From: Candidatus Poribacteria bacterium
GTDB taxonomy: Bacteria; Poribacteria; WGA-4E; JAJDTR01
Assembly: GCA_965222225.1 (NCBI GenBank)
Contig: CBDCTK010000002.1
Coordinates: 4,448,001 to 4,512,000 of the forward strand
Length of the DNA stretch: 64,000 bases
Reading direction: 5' to 3'
The notes beneath the pieces were generated by a model, which saw nothing but the letters and a program-made list of their open reading frames with translations, did not search any database and was not told the origin of the DNA. Positions 11,173 through 19,906 of the stretch are shown here, one piece after another; position 1 is the first letter of the stretch, and every line of letters begins with the position of its first letter. The position numbers were made by a program, and so were the translations under genes.

Positions 11173-11811
11173 ATGGAAACAGATGAACTTCGCCGAGAAT
11201 ACAATTCCGACGGGTTGCGCGAATCAGATGCGGCTGAAAGCCCTTTTGAGCAATTTGCACTGTGGTTTCAACACGCGCTTGACGCTAAAATCGATTTACC
11301 GGACGCCATGACGCTCGCAACCGTGTCAAAGAATGGGATGCCGTCGGCGAGAATAGTCCTGCTCCGAGGATTTGATGAACGCGGTTTCGTTTTTTACACC
11401 GACTACCAGAGTCAAAAAGGACAGGAACTTGCGGAAAATCCAAATGCCGCTTTGGTTTTCTATTGGCGAGAATTAGACCGACAAATCCGAGTTTCGGGAA
11501 CCGTCAGTACGGTTTCCCGTGAAGAATCGGAAAAATATTTTCGAAGCCGTCCCGTCAGCAGTCAGTTGGCAGCTTTGGCGTCAAAGCAAGGCGAGGTCAT
11601 TTCCGATCGGCAGAAATTAGAGTACAAGTTCAAGCAATTGATGGAGACCTATCGACAGAAAGCGATACCACTTCCGCCGTATTGGGGCGGTTTTCGTCTA
11701 TCACCCGACTGGTTCGAGTTCTGGCAGGGGCGTCCCAACCGCCTGCACGACCGACTCCGCTATACGCATCATCCCGGTAGACACTGGAAAATCGAACGGC
11801 TGTCACCATGA
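11173..11811 (+). CDS. pdxH: Pyridoxamine 5'-phosphate oxidase
   Basis: LRREY, AMTLAT, PSARIVLL, EFWQGRPNRLHDR, WKIERLSP. Confidence 0.96.
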   Translation: METDELRREYNSDGLRESDAAESPFEQFALWFQHALDAKIDLPDAMTLATVSKNGMPSARIVLLRGFDERGFVFYTDYQSQKGQELAENPNAALVFYWRELDRQIRVSGTVSTVSREESEKYFRSRPVSSQLAALASKQGEVISDRQKLEYKFKQLMETYRQKAIPLPPYWGGFRLSPDWFEFWQGRPNRLHDRLRYTHHPGRHWKIERLSP

Positions 11812-11914
11812 TACGTTTTACCGCGGGCATCAGATTGGACAGGATTCAAAATTGAAAAAAAGGGCTTGACACCAGTTGTTGAAATATGTGACAATATAAT
11901 CGTTTTTCCACTCA

Positions 11915-11931
11915 TTGGCAGGTAGCATGCA
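11915..11931 (+). promoter_or_regulatory. Putative sigma54 (-24/-12) promoter upstream of nuoA
   Basis: TTGGCAGGTAGCATGCA has exact GG-N10-GC spacing and resembles TGGCAC-N5-TTGCW. Confidence 0.4.
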
Positions 11932-12136
11932 AGATGGATTATTACAATTCGTCTCCTTAGTTGACCCAAATTGTTCCGCCAGTGAACCGCACGATTGGAT
12001 GCCGCGCCTGTCCAATGTCTTTGCCTCTTGGATGGAACTAGGATTTACCCAGTTGAGACGTTTATTCGTCCTTTGTGAATTGGATTTTGAAGCTAGAAAA
12101 TGGGCGGCAACCTGCCCAATTCTTTTTGGCTTGAGC

Positions 12137-12154
12137 ATGTGAAAAATTTCACAA
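12137..12154. promoter_or_regulatory. Putative Rex (NADH/NAD+ sensor) operator
   Basis: ATGTGAAAAATTTCACAA matches TTGTGAA-N4-TTCACAA with one mismatch, ~54 bp before the nuoA ATG. Confidence 0.7.
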
Positions 12155-12207
12155 GCGCATCAATTCTCCAAATATCTTGATTTGAGCAAATCATTCAACA
12201 CACACGA

Positions 12208-12576
12208 ATGCTAATTGATTACCTGCCTATTCTGCTGTTATTGGTTTTTGCCGTCGGTTTTGCGGCTATCAACCTTGCCCTTTCTCATCTCCTAGGTCCA
12301 AAGAAACCAACCCGATCGAAACTTTCCGTCTACGAGTCCGGGGTTCAACCTGTTGGGAACGCGCGCCAGCGGTTCACCATTAGGTTCGATCTAATCGCCA
12401 TGCTTTTCATCATTTTCGATATTGAGGTGGTGTTTCTGTATCCGTGGGCGATTGTTTTCAAGAAATTCTCGGAGAGTAGTGGCTATTTTATTTTGATTGA
12501 GATGCTGGTGTTCATCGGCATTCTCTTTTTAGGTTACATCTACGCGTGGAAGAAAGGTGGTTTGACATGGGATTAG
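12208..12576 (+). CDS. nuoA: NADH-quinone oxidoreductase subunit A
   Basis: [26 protein letters not shown]. Confidence 0.96.
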   Translation: MLIDYLPILLLLVFAVGFAAINLALSHLLGPKKPTRSKLSVYESGVQPVGNARQRFTIRFDLIAMLFIIFDIEVVFLYPWAIVFKKFSESSGYFILIEMLVFIGILFLGYIYAWKKGGLTWD

Positions 12577-13079
12577 AAAATAGATCCGACGACAATATCA
12601 TCACCACCACTGTCGGCAAGATAATCAATTGGGGACGAAAAAACTCGCTCTGGCCGATGCCCTTCGGGACTGCTTGTTGCGCGATTGAAATGATGGCTAC
12701 GCTCGCGTCTAAGTACGATTTGTCTCGCTTTGGGGCAGAAGCCATTCGGTTTTCGCCGCGCCAATCGGATTTGTTAATTGTTTCCGGTCGGATTTCCCTC
12801 AAAATGATGCCGGTGCTAAAGAAGATTTATGATCAGATGCCGGAGCCCAAATGGGTCATCTCAATGGGTGCGTGCGCATCTTGCGGCGGCGTGTTCGATA
12901 CCTATACGATGATTCAGGGCGTAGATCAGTTTCTGCCTGTTGATTTGTATATCCCAGGCTGCCCTCCACGACCCGAAGATTTGATTGATGCCGTGATGCA
13001 GATTCAACGCCAAATTGATTCCGGTGAACTGCCCAAGGGTACGCTTTCTGACGCAGACCGCCCTGCCGCTGTAGGATAA
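12567..13079 (+). CDS. nuoB: NADH-quinone oxidoreductase subunit B
   Basis: [33 protein letters not shown]. Confidence 0.97.
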   Translation: MGLENRSDDNIITTTVGKIINWGRKNSLWPMPFGTACCAIEMMATLASKYDLSRFGAEAIRFSPRQSDLLIVSGRISLKMMPVLKKIYDQMPEPKWVISMGACASCGGVFDTYTMIQGVDQFLPVDLYIPGCPPRPEDLIDAVMQIQRQIDSGELPKGTLSDADRPAAVG

Positions 13080-13085
13080 ATCATC

Positions 13086-13640
13086 ATGAGCGAAGAAGAA
13101 AAAGACACGACGAATTCAGATGAATCGCCGTCCGTATTTGGGAAGGTACGGGAGCAGTTTCAAGATGGCATCCTTGACTTCTCGAAGGAGTTTGGCGAGT
13201 TAACATTGGTCGTGCGCAAGGATTCTGTCTACGAAATCTTGGAATTTCTGAAGACTGATGCGGAGCTCTCTTACGATTTTCTCGTTGATGTCACTGCGGT
13301 TGATTACTCTCAGATGGAGGATGTGCTGACAAAATACGATTACGCTCGATTCATGGTAGTCTATCACCTTTACTCCTATAAAACGGGTGATCGCTTACGC
13401 CTTAAGGCGCCGGTGCATGAAAAGGAATTGTCGGTTCAATCAGTGACATCACTCTGGAAGGGCGCGGCTTGGCTTGAGCGAGAGGCGTATGACATGTTTG
13501 GAATTACCTTTGAGAACCACCCGGATCTTCGACGAATTTTGATGCCGGATGATTTTGAAGGGTATCCGCTTTGCAAGGACTATCCGCTGCGTGGTCGCGG
13601 CGAGCGTGAAACCTTTGATTTTGAACGTCAAAATGCCTAG
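13086..13640 (+). CDS. nuoC: NADH-quinone oxidoreductase subunit C
   Basis: DVTAVDY, EREAYDMFGI.F..HPDLRRILM. Confidence 0.96.
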   Translation: MSEEEKDTTNSDESPSVFGKVREQFQDGILDFSKEFGELTLVVRKDSVYEILEFLKTDAELSYDFLVDVTAVDYSQMEDVLTKYDYARFMVVYHLYSYKTGDRLRLKAPVHEKELSVQSVTSLWKGAAWLEREAYDMFGITFENHPDLRRILMPDDFEGYPLCKDYPLRGRGERETFDFERQNA

Positions 13641-13685
13641 CCTCAATAGTTACATCCGACTTTGACAAGGGGAGATAAACGGGAT

Positions 13686-14882
13686 ATGCACGCAGATATG
13701 GAACGTGTCGCAGGCGAAAAAATGATGTTGAACTTCGGCCCTCAGCATCCGGCGACACACGGTACACTGCGGCTCGTGTTAGAACTTGATGGCGAGACCG
13801 TTGTCAAAGCCACACCTCATCTCGGCTACCTCCATACCGGTTTTGAAAAACTCGGCGAGCACCTAGACTACAATCAGTATATTGTTGTTACGGATCGGAT
13901 GAATTATCTCTCTCCTCTATCCAACAACTTTGGTTACGTCCTTGCCGTTGAAAAACTCCTAGGCTTAGAAATACCTAAACGTGGTCAGTACGTGCGGGTT
14001 CTCATGGCGGAGTTGTCTCGTCTTGCCGATCATCTGCTCTGGCTGGGAATGGGCGCTCTCGACCTTGGCGCATTCACCGCGTTTCTCTATGGATTCAAAG
14101 AGCGTGAAAAACTGTACAGTATCTTCGAGAAGACAACAGGGGCCCGTTTAACCACGAGCTATACTCGTGTCGGCGGCGTTTTGAGAGACTTGTATGACGG
14201 GTTTGAAGAAGATGTCAACGCGTTTCTTTCAGCTTTTCCGAAAACGCTCAAGGAGGTACACACCCTACTCACGCGGAATCGGATCTGGATGGATCGGACG
14301 AAAGAGGTTGGTGTTATTTCGGGCGAAGATGCCATCAGCTACGGTTTGACGGGACCTTGTCTACGCGCCTCTGGAGTCGAGCATGATCTAAGAAAGGCTG
14401 AACCTTATTCCTCTTACGAGGATTTCGATTTTGACGTGCCAGTAGGCGACAATGGCGACGTGTATGACCGTTATCTGGTTCGGATGGAGGAGATGGTGCA
14501 GAGTTGTCATATCATTAGGCAAGCGATGGCCAATCTACCTGAAGGCCCCGTGAATGTTCCGGATAACAAGATTATTCTTCCTGAAAAAAAGGACGCTTAC
14601 GGACACATTGAAGGGCTGATTCACCACTTCAAGATTATTATGGATGGGCACGGTGTTCAGCCGCCGTGTGGTGAGATCTATTCCGCAACCGAGTCCCCCA
14701 ACGGTGAACTCGGGTTCTACATCGTCAGCGATGGAAGCGGCACCGCCTATCGGATTCGCATTCGTCCGCCGAGCCTATTGCAATATCAGGTTGTACCTCA
14801 TATGGTTGAGGGGGGTATGGTGTCCGATATTGTCGCTGTGCTGGGAAGTATGAATATCATTGCAGGGGAGTTGGATCGGTAG
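13686..14882 (+). CDS. nuoD: NADH-quinone oxidoreductase subunit D
   Basis: LNFGPQHPATHGTLRL, GYLHTGFEK, DRMNYL, C-terminal GELDR. Confidence 0.97.
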   Translation: MHADMERVAGEKMMLNFGPQHPATHGTLRLVLELDGETVVKATPHLGYLHTGFEKLGEHLDYNQYIVVTDRMNYLSPLSNNFGYVLAVEKLLGLEIPKRGQYVRVLMAELSRLADHLLWLGMGALDLGAFTAFLYGFKEREKLYSIFEKTTGARLTTSYTRVGGVLRDLYDGFEEDVNAFLSAFPKTLKEVHTLLTRNRIWMDRTKEVGVISGEDAISYGLTGPCLRASGVEHDLRKAEPYSSYEDFDFDVPVGDNGDVYDRYLVRMEEMVQSCHIIRQAMANLPEGPVNVPDNKIILPEKKDAYGHIEGLIHHFKIIMDGHGVQPPCGEIYSATESPNGELGFYIVSDGSGTAYRIRIRPPSLLQYQVVPHMVEGGMVSDIVAVLGSMNIIAGELDR

Positions 14883-14942
14883 GATTGATAGAGTTTCCGC
14901 CGTTGTTCAGCTTAAGAATGCAGGACATTCCAGGGGAACCAC

Positions 14943-15284
14943 GTGAATCTTGGGGGCATCATACTCTTCATCAAAGACATGCAGGCTGCTATCGCGTATT
15001 ATCGGGATAGCCTCGGATTGCACCCTGATGTAGAACAGCCGTTTCCGGCTAACAGTTTTTTCCGCTTTAACACCGGGTAGTGTAAACTCTGCCTTCACAA
15101 AGCGGGAAAGCCTAACGGCGGAAGACAAAAGATTGTCTTTCACGTCGAAAGTGTAAACGATGTTCATCGGAACTTGGAAGCTAAGGGGTTGCAATTAAGA
15201 CCATTAAAGAACGAGGATGGTCAAGCAATTTTCGACATTAGGGGCCCCGAAGGAAACCGGATTCGGTTTTGGGGGAACTGCTAA
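14943..15284 (+). pseudogene. VOC/glyoxalase family gene with internal amber stop
   Basis: Manual translation MNLGGIILFIKDMQAAIAYYRDSLGL...FNTG*CKLCLH...IVFHVESVNDVH..L...FDIRGPEGNRI; TAG at 15078-15080. Confidence 0.75.
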
Positions 15285-15413
15285 CCAAGTCTCTCTGACA
15301 CGTTTTTTAACGCTCGCGTTAAGATCCTGTTTGAATAATCGGTGGCAATGCCATTTTTAGTCATTTGTCGGAAGTTTTTTCATGTTTTCATTGTTGGCTG
15401 CTACAAACCTGTA

Positions 15414-15449
15414 GGATCTCTATCGCAGTCGCTATTCGCTCCCTTGATC
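15414..15449 (+). repeat. 36-bp insertion unit U1
   Basis: GGATCTCTATCGCAGTCGCTATTCGCTCCCTTGATC. Confidence 0.85.
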
Positions 15450-15476
15450 CCACGCTGGGGCTTTTAGAGGCTGGTA

Positions 15477-15512
15477 GGATTTCTATCGCGCTCATTATTC
15501 ATTCGCTTGATC
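15477..15512 (+). repeat. 36-bp insertion unit U2, splitting a REP stem
   Basis: GGATTTCTATCGCGCTCATTATTCATTCGCTTGATC between GGCTGGT and GCAGTGCGCACCCTAC. Confidence 0.85.
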
Positions 15513-15574
15513 GCAGTGCGCACCCTACAAACTGTACTTTTCAACCAGGCTCTAAGAGTTTAATTGAATAATAA

Positions 15575-16618
15575 TAGGAGTTACGCAGTTGAGTGAAAAT
15601 AGGTTATAATTTGAGTATGAATCCCCCTAAATATACTGACACTGACTATATTGATTTCTTGGTAGCCGCTCAGAAAAGTTACAGTTGTCTTGAATCGGAA
15701 AAAGTTCAACCCCAAGCTGATAATCCTCCGGCTCACGATTCGATAACACGGCTCTTGCATCGAGAGGAACCCGATACTGGCAAACTGTGGCAAGAATCGA
15801 GAAATCAGGTGAAATTAGAATCCGGAATTTTAGTTATAGATGACTCGACTCTGGATAAACCTTATTCACAAAAGATTGAACTCGTGACAAAACACTGGTC
15901 AGGGAAACACCACCGAGTTGTGAATGGGATTAACTTGGTCACTTTGCTCTGGACGGATGGCGATAGACATATTCCGTGTGATTATCGAATCTATGATAAA
16001 GCCAAAGACGGCTTGACGAAGAATGAGCATTTCCGCGCCATGCTTGAAGAAGCGAAAACACGCGGTTTTGCTCCTGAATGTGTGTGTTTTGATAGTTGGT
16101 ATGCCAGTCTAAAGAATCTAAAAGCGGTGCGAGGTCATGGTTGGAAGTGGCTTACTCGTCTAGCTGCCAACCGACTTGTCAGTAAAGATTATTCCGGTAA
16201 CCGTCCGGTGAGTACGCTTCCGAGTGAATCAACAGGTACAATTGTCCATCTCAAAGGCTATGGATTGATTCGAGTATTTAAGGTTGACACTCCAGAAGGT
16301 GACATTGAATATTGGGCAACGAATGATTTACAGATGGACGAATTGACGCGTCTCAAATATGCCGAATGGTCTTGGACAATAGAAGAATATCATCGCGGGA
16401 TTAAGCAATTTGTTGGCATTGAACGCGCACAAGTGCGCTCTGCTCGCACTCAAAGAAATCATATCGGTTTAGCGCTGAGAGCCTTTCTGAGAATTGAGCA
16501 CTATTGCTATCATACCGGTATCAGTTGGTTTGATGCAAAACTCTCTATTGTCAGAGATGCGGTACGGGCTTATTTGGCACAACCTCTTTATACGCTTCAG
16601 CCAACTGCGTAACTCCTA
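15575..16618 (+). mobile_element. IS701-like insertion sequence, copy 1 (1044 bp)
   Basis: TIRs TAGGAGTTACGCAGTTG / CAACTGCGTAACTCCTA; 5-bp target duplication AATAA (15570-15574 / 16619-16623). Confidence 0.92.
15593..16612 (+). CDS. IS701-family DDE transposase
   Basis: VIDDSTLDKPYS, CFDSWY, W.IEEYHRGIKQ; stop codon lies inside the right TIR. Confidence 0.9.
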   Translation: MKIGYNLSMNPPKYTDTDYIDFLVAAQKSYSCLESEKVQPQADNPPAHDSITRLLHREEPDTGKLWQESRNQVKLESGILVIDDSTLDKPYSQKIELVTKHWSGKHHRVVNGINLVTLLWTDGDRHIPCDYRIYDKAKDGLTKNEHFRAMLEEAKTRGFAPECVCFDSWYASLKNLKAVRGHGWKWLTRLAANRLVSKDYSGNRPVSTLPSESTGTIVHLKGYGLIRVFKVDTPEGDIEYWATNDLQMDELTRLKYAEWSWTIEEYHRGIKQFVGIERAQVRSARTQRNHIGLALRAFLRIEHYCYHTGISWFDAKLSIVRDAVRAYLAQPLYTLQPTA

Positions 16619-16666
16619 AATAAGTGGGAAACCCATCTTTAGTCATTTGAGTTGCTATATACTTGA

Positions 16667-16702
16667 GGAGTTCAATCGCGTTCCCTATTCGGTCACTTGA
16701 TT
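16667..16702 (+). repeat. 36-bp insertion unit U3
   Basis: GGAGTTCAATCGCGTTCCCTATTCGGTCACTTGATT. Confidence 0.75.
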
Positions 16703-16724
16703 GCCTCTGACGTTTTCAAAGGCT

Positions 16725-16746
16725 GGTGCGCATTGCGCACCCTACA
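16725..16746. repeat. Intact GTAG-type REP palindrome
   Basis: GGTGCGCATTGCGCACC-CTACA (GTAG foot on the minus strand). Confidence 0.85.
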
Positions 16747-16997
16747 AGATGTGGACTTGTCTCGCGCTCGCGTAAAGACGCGTAAAGAGTTGTGGGTTCG
16801 ATTCTTTTGCGAATTGTCAAGCCTAGGTGATTTTAAGTGGGAAAGGGCGGGTAAAACATGACGCGGTTAAGCCTTGTTTCATTATCGTGTCTAAGATACC
16901 CCCGGGGATTGTAGGATCGGGTGTGAATTGAAATGCCCGCAGTAAGCAAGGGTGCTTTTAGGCACCTCAGACACTTTGGCTCAGAAGGAATTAGCGG

Positions 16998-17519
16998 ATG
17001 TCTGATGAGTTGATTCATATCGAAACACCATTTCAGTTTTCTGAATCAAATAGACAGGAAATTGATGAACTCATCCAGCGGTATCCGGTGAAGGAAGCCG
17101 CTATGCTTCCGGTTCTCCATATCGCGCAGAAGCAGGCGGGCTACATCACTCCGGGCGTCATGAAACACGTCGCAGAGCTCCTAGAGGTGTCCGTGATGAA
17201 GGTCAAGGATGTGGTGACGTTCTATCCGATGTTCTTCGAGGAGCCTGTGGGCAAATATGTTATTCGTGTCTGTTATACGCTGCCTTGTGCTCTACGCGAT
17301 TGCAAATTGGTGCTGGATCATCTGAAAGAAAAACTCGGAACAGATGTGGCGTCCGAGACGAACTTGGCGAAGGGGACAACCGATGACGGGAAATTTACCA
17401 TTCTCAAATCGGAGTGCCTAGCATCTTGTGATGTTGCCCCGGTGATGATGGTCAACGACGACCTACACAAAAACCTCACACCAGAAAAAGTCGATGATCT
17501 CTTGGACGGCTTAACGTAA
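16998..17519 (+). CDS. nuoE: NADH-quinone oxidoreductase subunit E
   Basis: VVTFYPMF, C-x4-C (CYTLPC), ECLASC..APVMMVN. Confidence 0.95.
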   Translation: MSDELIHIETPFQFSESNRQEIDELIQRYPVKEAAMLPVLHIAQKQAGYITPGVMKHVAELLEVSVMKVKDVVTFYPMFFEEPVGKYVIRVCYTLPCALRDCKLVLDHLKEKLGTDVASETNLAKGTTDDGKFTILKSECLASCDVAPVMMVNDDLHKNLTPEKVDDLLDGLT

Positions 17520-17534
17520 GGTGCGGGCTAAACC

Positions 17535-19007
17535 ATGATTCAAGAACGACGAATACTCTACGAACACCTTGATGTCCCGGACATAAACACCTTTGATGTG
17601 TTTCGTCAGTACGATGGCTACAAACGCTTCGAGAAGGCGCTAGAGGAGTATCAGCCGGACGAGATTGCGGACATGGTGATGAAGTCGGGATTGAAAGGCA
17701 GAGGCGGCGCGGGATTCTTGACCGGTCTAAAATGGAGTTTCGTGCCACGCGATATTGAGCCGCGGTACTTGTGCTGCAATGCCGATGAAAGTGAACCCGG
17801 CACCTTTAGCAACCGGTATGTTTTGGAGAAAAACCCGCATCTGCTCATTGAGGGGATTCTGATTTGCTGCTACGCGATGGGGATTCATACAACATACATC
17901 TATATTCGCGGTGAATTTACTCTCGGCAAGCAGATGCTCGATCAGGCAATCGCAGAAGCCTATGAGCACGGATATCTGGGAAAGAATATCCTCGGCAAGG
18001 GTTTTTATCTGGATGTGTATTCTCACCCGGGAGCCGGAGCCTATATCTGCGGTGAAGAAACGGGGCTGATTGAATCGCTTGAAGGGAAACGGGGCCAACC
18101 CCGCAACAAACCGCCATTCCCGGCGGTGTCCGGCGTATTCAACAAACCGACCGTCGTCCAAAATGTGGAGACCTTGTGCAATTTGCCGTTCATCGTCGAT
18201 AAGGGCGTCGAATGGTATACGAGCATGGGGCCAACCTATGGCGATACAAGATTCCATCCGCCCAAGGCTGACCAAAACACGGGCACAAAGCTTTATTGCA
18301 TCAGTGGAGATGTAAACAAGCCTGGCGTCTACGAGCTAGACCTCGGGCTCACCTGCGAAGAATTGATTGAGGTTGCGGGCGGACTCAGGGGAATTCAGGT
18401 GAAAGCCGTCATCCCGGGCGGTAGCTCAGCGCCAATTCTGACGCACTATGAGCTGGATACGCGCTTGGATTTCACCGCTCTGACCTTGGCGAAGTCGATG
18501 CTCGGCTCCGGGGGCATCATTGTAATGAATGAGTCGCGGAATATCGTCGATTGCCTCCTAAACATCATGAAGTTCTATGCGCACGAATCGTGTGGACAGT
18601 GTACACCGTGCCGTTGGGGAACGCCTTGGGTGCGAGACATCGTTCAACGCATCGCAGATGGCGAAGGGCGTAAATCCACGATTACCCGACCGAAGTTTGG
18701 TGTCACGGAGAGTGGCAGATGGGGCGACACAAGGGAGACGGAGGAAATCTATGAGGATCTTGACCTGCTGGAAAGCGTCGCGAACAATATCGCAAATGTG
18801 GACACGATGACATGGGATACAATCTGTGTGTTTGGCATAGCCGTCTCATGGCCTGCCGTGAGTTACATGCGCAAGTTCCGTCCTGAGTTCGAAGCTTGCA
18901 TTCGCGAGGGGGAGCTTGTTACTCTTTCGGTTGATGAAGCAACTGTTCCGCCCGAAGAAAATTATGCGTTCCAACAGCGGATTATCCCAAAGGTGCTTGA
19001 AACGTGA
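17535..19007 (+). CDS. nuoF: NADH-quinone oxidoreductase subunit F
   Basis: GRGGAGF..G.KW, NADESEPGTF, GAGAYICGEETGLIESLEG, ESCGQCTPC...TIC. Confidence 0.97.
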   Translation: MIQERRILYEHLDVPDINTFDVFRQYDGYKRFEKALEEYQPDEIADMVMKSGLKGRGGAGFLTGLKWSFVPRDIEPRYLCCNADESEPGTFSNRYVLEKNPHLLIEGILICCYAMGIHTTYIYIRGEFTLGKQMLDQAIAEAYEHGYLGKNILGKGFYLDVYSHPGAGAYICGEETGLIESLEGKRGQPRNKPPFPAVSGVFNKPTVVQNVETLCNLPFIVDKGVEWYTSMGPTYGDTRFHPPKADQNTGTKLYCISGDVNKPGVYELDLGLTCEELIEVAGGLRGIQVKAVIPGGSSAPILTHYELDTRLDFTALTLAKSMLGSGGIIVMNESRNIVDCLLNIMKFYAHESCGQCTPCRWGTPWVRDIVQRIADGEGRKSTITRPKFGVTESGRWGDTRETEEIYEDLDLLESVANNIANVDTMTWDTICVFGIAVSWPAVSYMRKFRPEFEACIREGELVTLSVDEATVPPEENYAFQQRIIPKVLET

Positions 19008-19126
19008 AATGTGACGCAATCTATTGCACGTTTCAGATTATCTGTCACATGTAGAAATGGCATAAGATGCTTGCTGCAGGGAACCCGATGCGCTAGGCCC
19101 GAGTTTAGCCGGCGAAATGCTTCAAA

Positions 19127-19906
19127 ATGATTCGCGTCTCTCATCTCACAAAAAAATATGGGACGAGCATCGCCGTTGATGATATCAGCTTTGAGGTTCC
19201 AGCGGGGCAGATTGTTGGTTACTTGGGACCCAACGGCGCTGGAAAAAGCACAACACTGAAAATGCTTGTCGGTTTGGTTGAACCGACCGCAGGCGACATC
19301 TCAGTCGCCGGTTGTGATGCGGCGACCGAAATGCTTGAACTCAAAAAGCGCATCGGATACGTTCCCGAAGATGCACAGCTATTTGAGAGCCTAACCTTGG
19401 CTGAACATCTTCAGTTAACGGGGAGGCTCTACCACGTTGAAGAGGCACTTATCGGCAAGAAAATCCTTGAGTTCGCTCGTCTTTTTGACATGGCGTCGTA
19501 TACCAAACAGAAAATAAGCAGCTTTTCACAAGGAATGCGCCAGAAACTGCTGATTATTTCCGCCTTGCTGCACAATCCGGATGTTCTGTTATTTGACGAA
19601 CCCTTTACCAATCTGGATGTGATGACAGTCACGTTCATGAAAACGATGTTACAGCGGCTCGCCGAGGCAGGTAAAACGATTCTATACTGTACACATATCC
19701 TTGAAGTGGCGGAAACACTCTGTCCCCGGGTTATGATTATCAACGAAGGAAAACTAATCGCCGATGCCAATGTTGATGAACTGCGGCGGATGACAAGTCA
19801 AACGGAGTTGGCTCAAATCTTCGCGCAACTCACCGACACTGTCAGAGGAATCAATCAAAGAACCGAGGATGCGGTTCGGATTGTGATGGGAGACACCGAT
19901 GCTTGA
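19127..19906 (+). CDS. ABC transporter ATP-binding protein
   Basis: Walker A GPNGAGKST, signature FSQGMRQ, Walker B LLFDEP, H-loop. Confidence 0.93.
   Translation: MIRVSHLTKKYGTSIAVDDISFEVPAGQIVGYLGPNGAGKSTTLKMLVGLVEPTAGDISVAGCDAATEMLELKKRIGYVPEDAQLFESLTLAEHLQLTGRLYHVEEALIGKKILEFARLFDMASYTKQKISSFSQGMRQKLLIISALLHNPDVLLFDEPFTNLDVMTVTFMKTMLQRLAEAGKTILYCTHILEVAETLCPRVMIINEGKLIADANVDELRRMTSQTELAQIFAQLTDTVRGINQRTEDAVRIVMGDTDA

Larger units (their letters stand above)
15323..15552. mobile_element. MITE (IS5-like ends, 3-bp TAA duplication) carrying REP hairpins and two 36-bp units
   Basis: Imperfect TIRs GATCCTGTTTGAATAAT / ACTTTTCAACCAGGCTC flanked by TAA...TAA; homologous to the inverted copy at 56965-57210. 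Confidence 0.8.

Noticed and set aside
11866-11900. Perfect TTGACA and TATAAT as a sigma70 promoter
   Set aside because: They are 23 bp apart; at 17-18 bp the -10 is only GACAAT, so it was not listed as a feature.
15414-15512. CRISPR array (36-bp repeats with a 27-bp spacer)
   Set aside because: Only two divergent units, the 'spacer' is itself a repeat seen at 40613 and 57010-57083, copies are dispersed and nested, and no cas genes are in the window.
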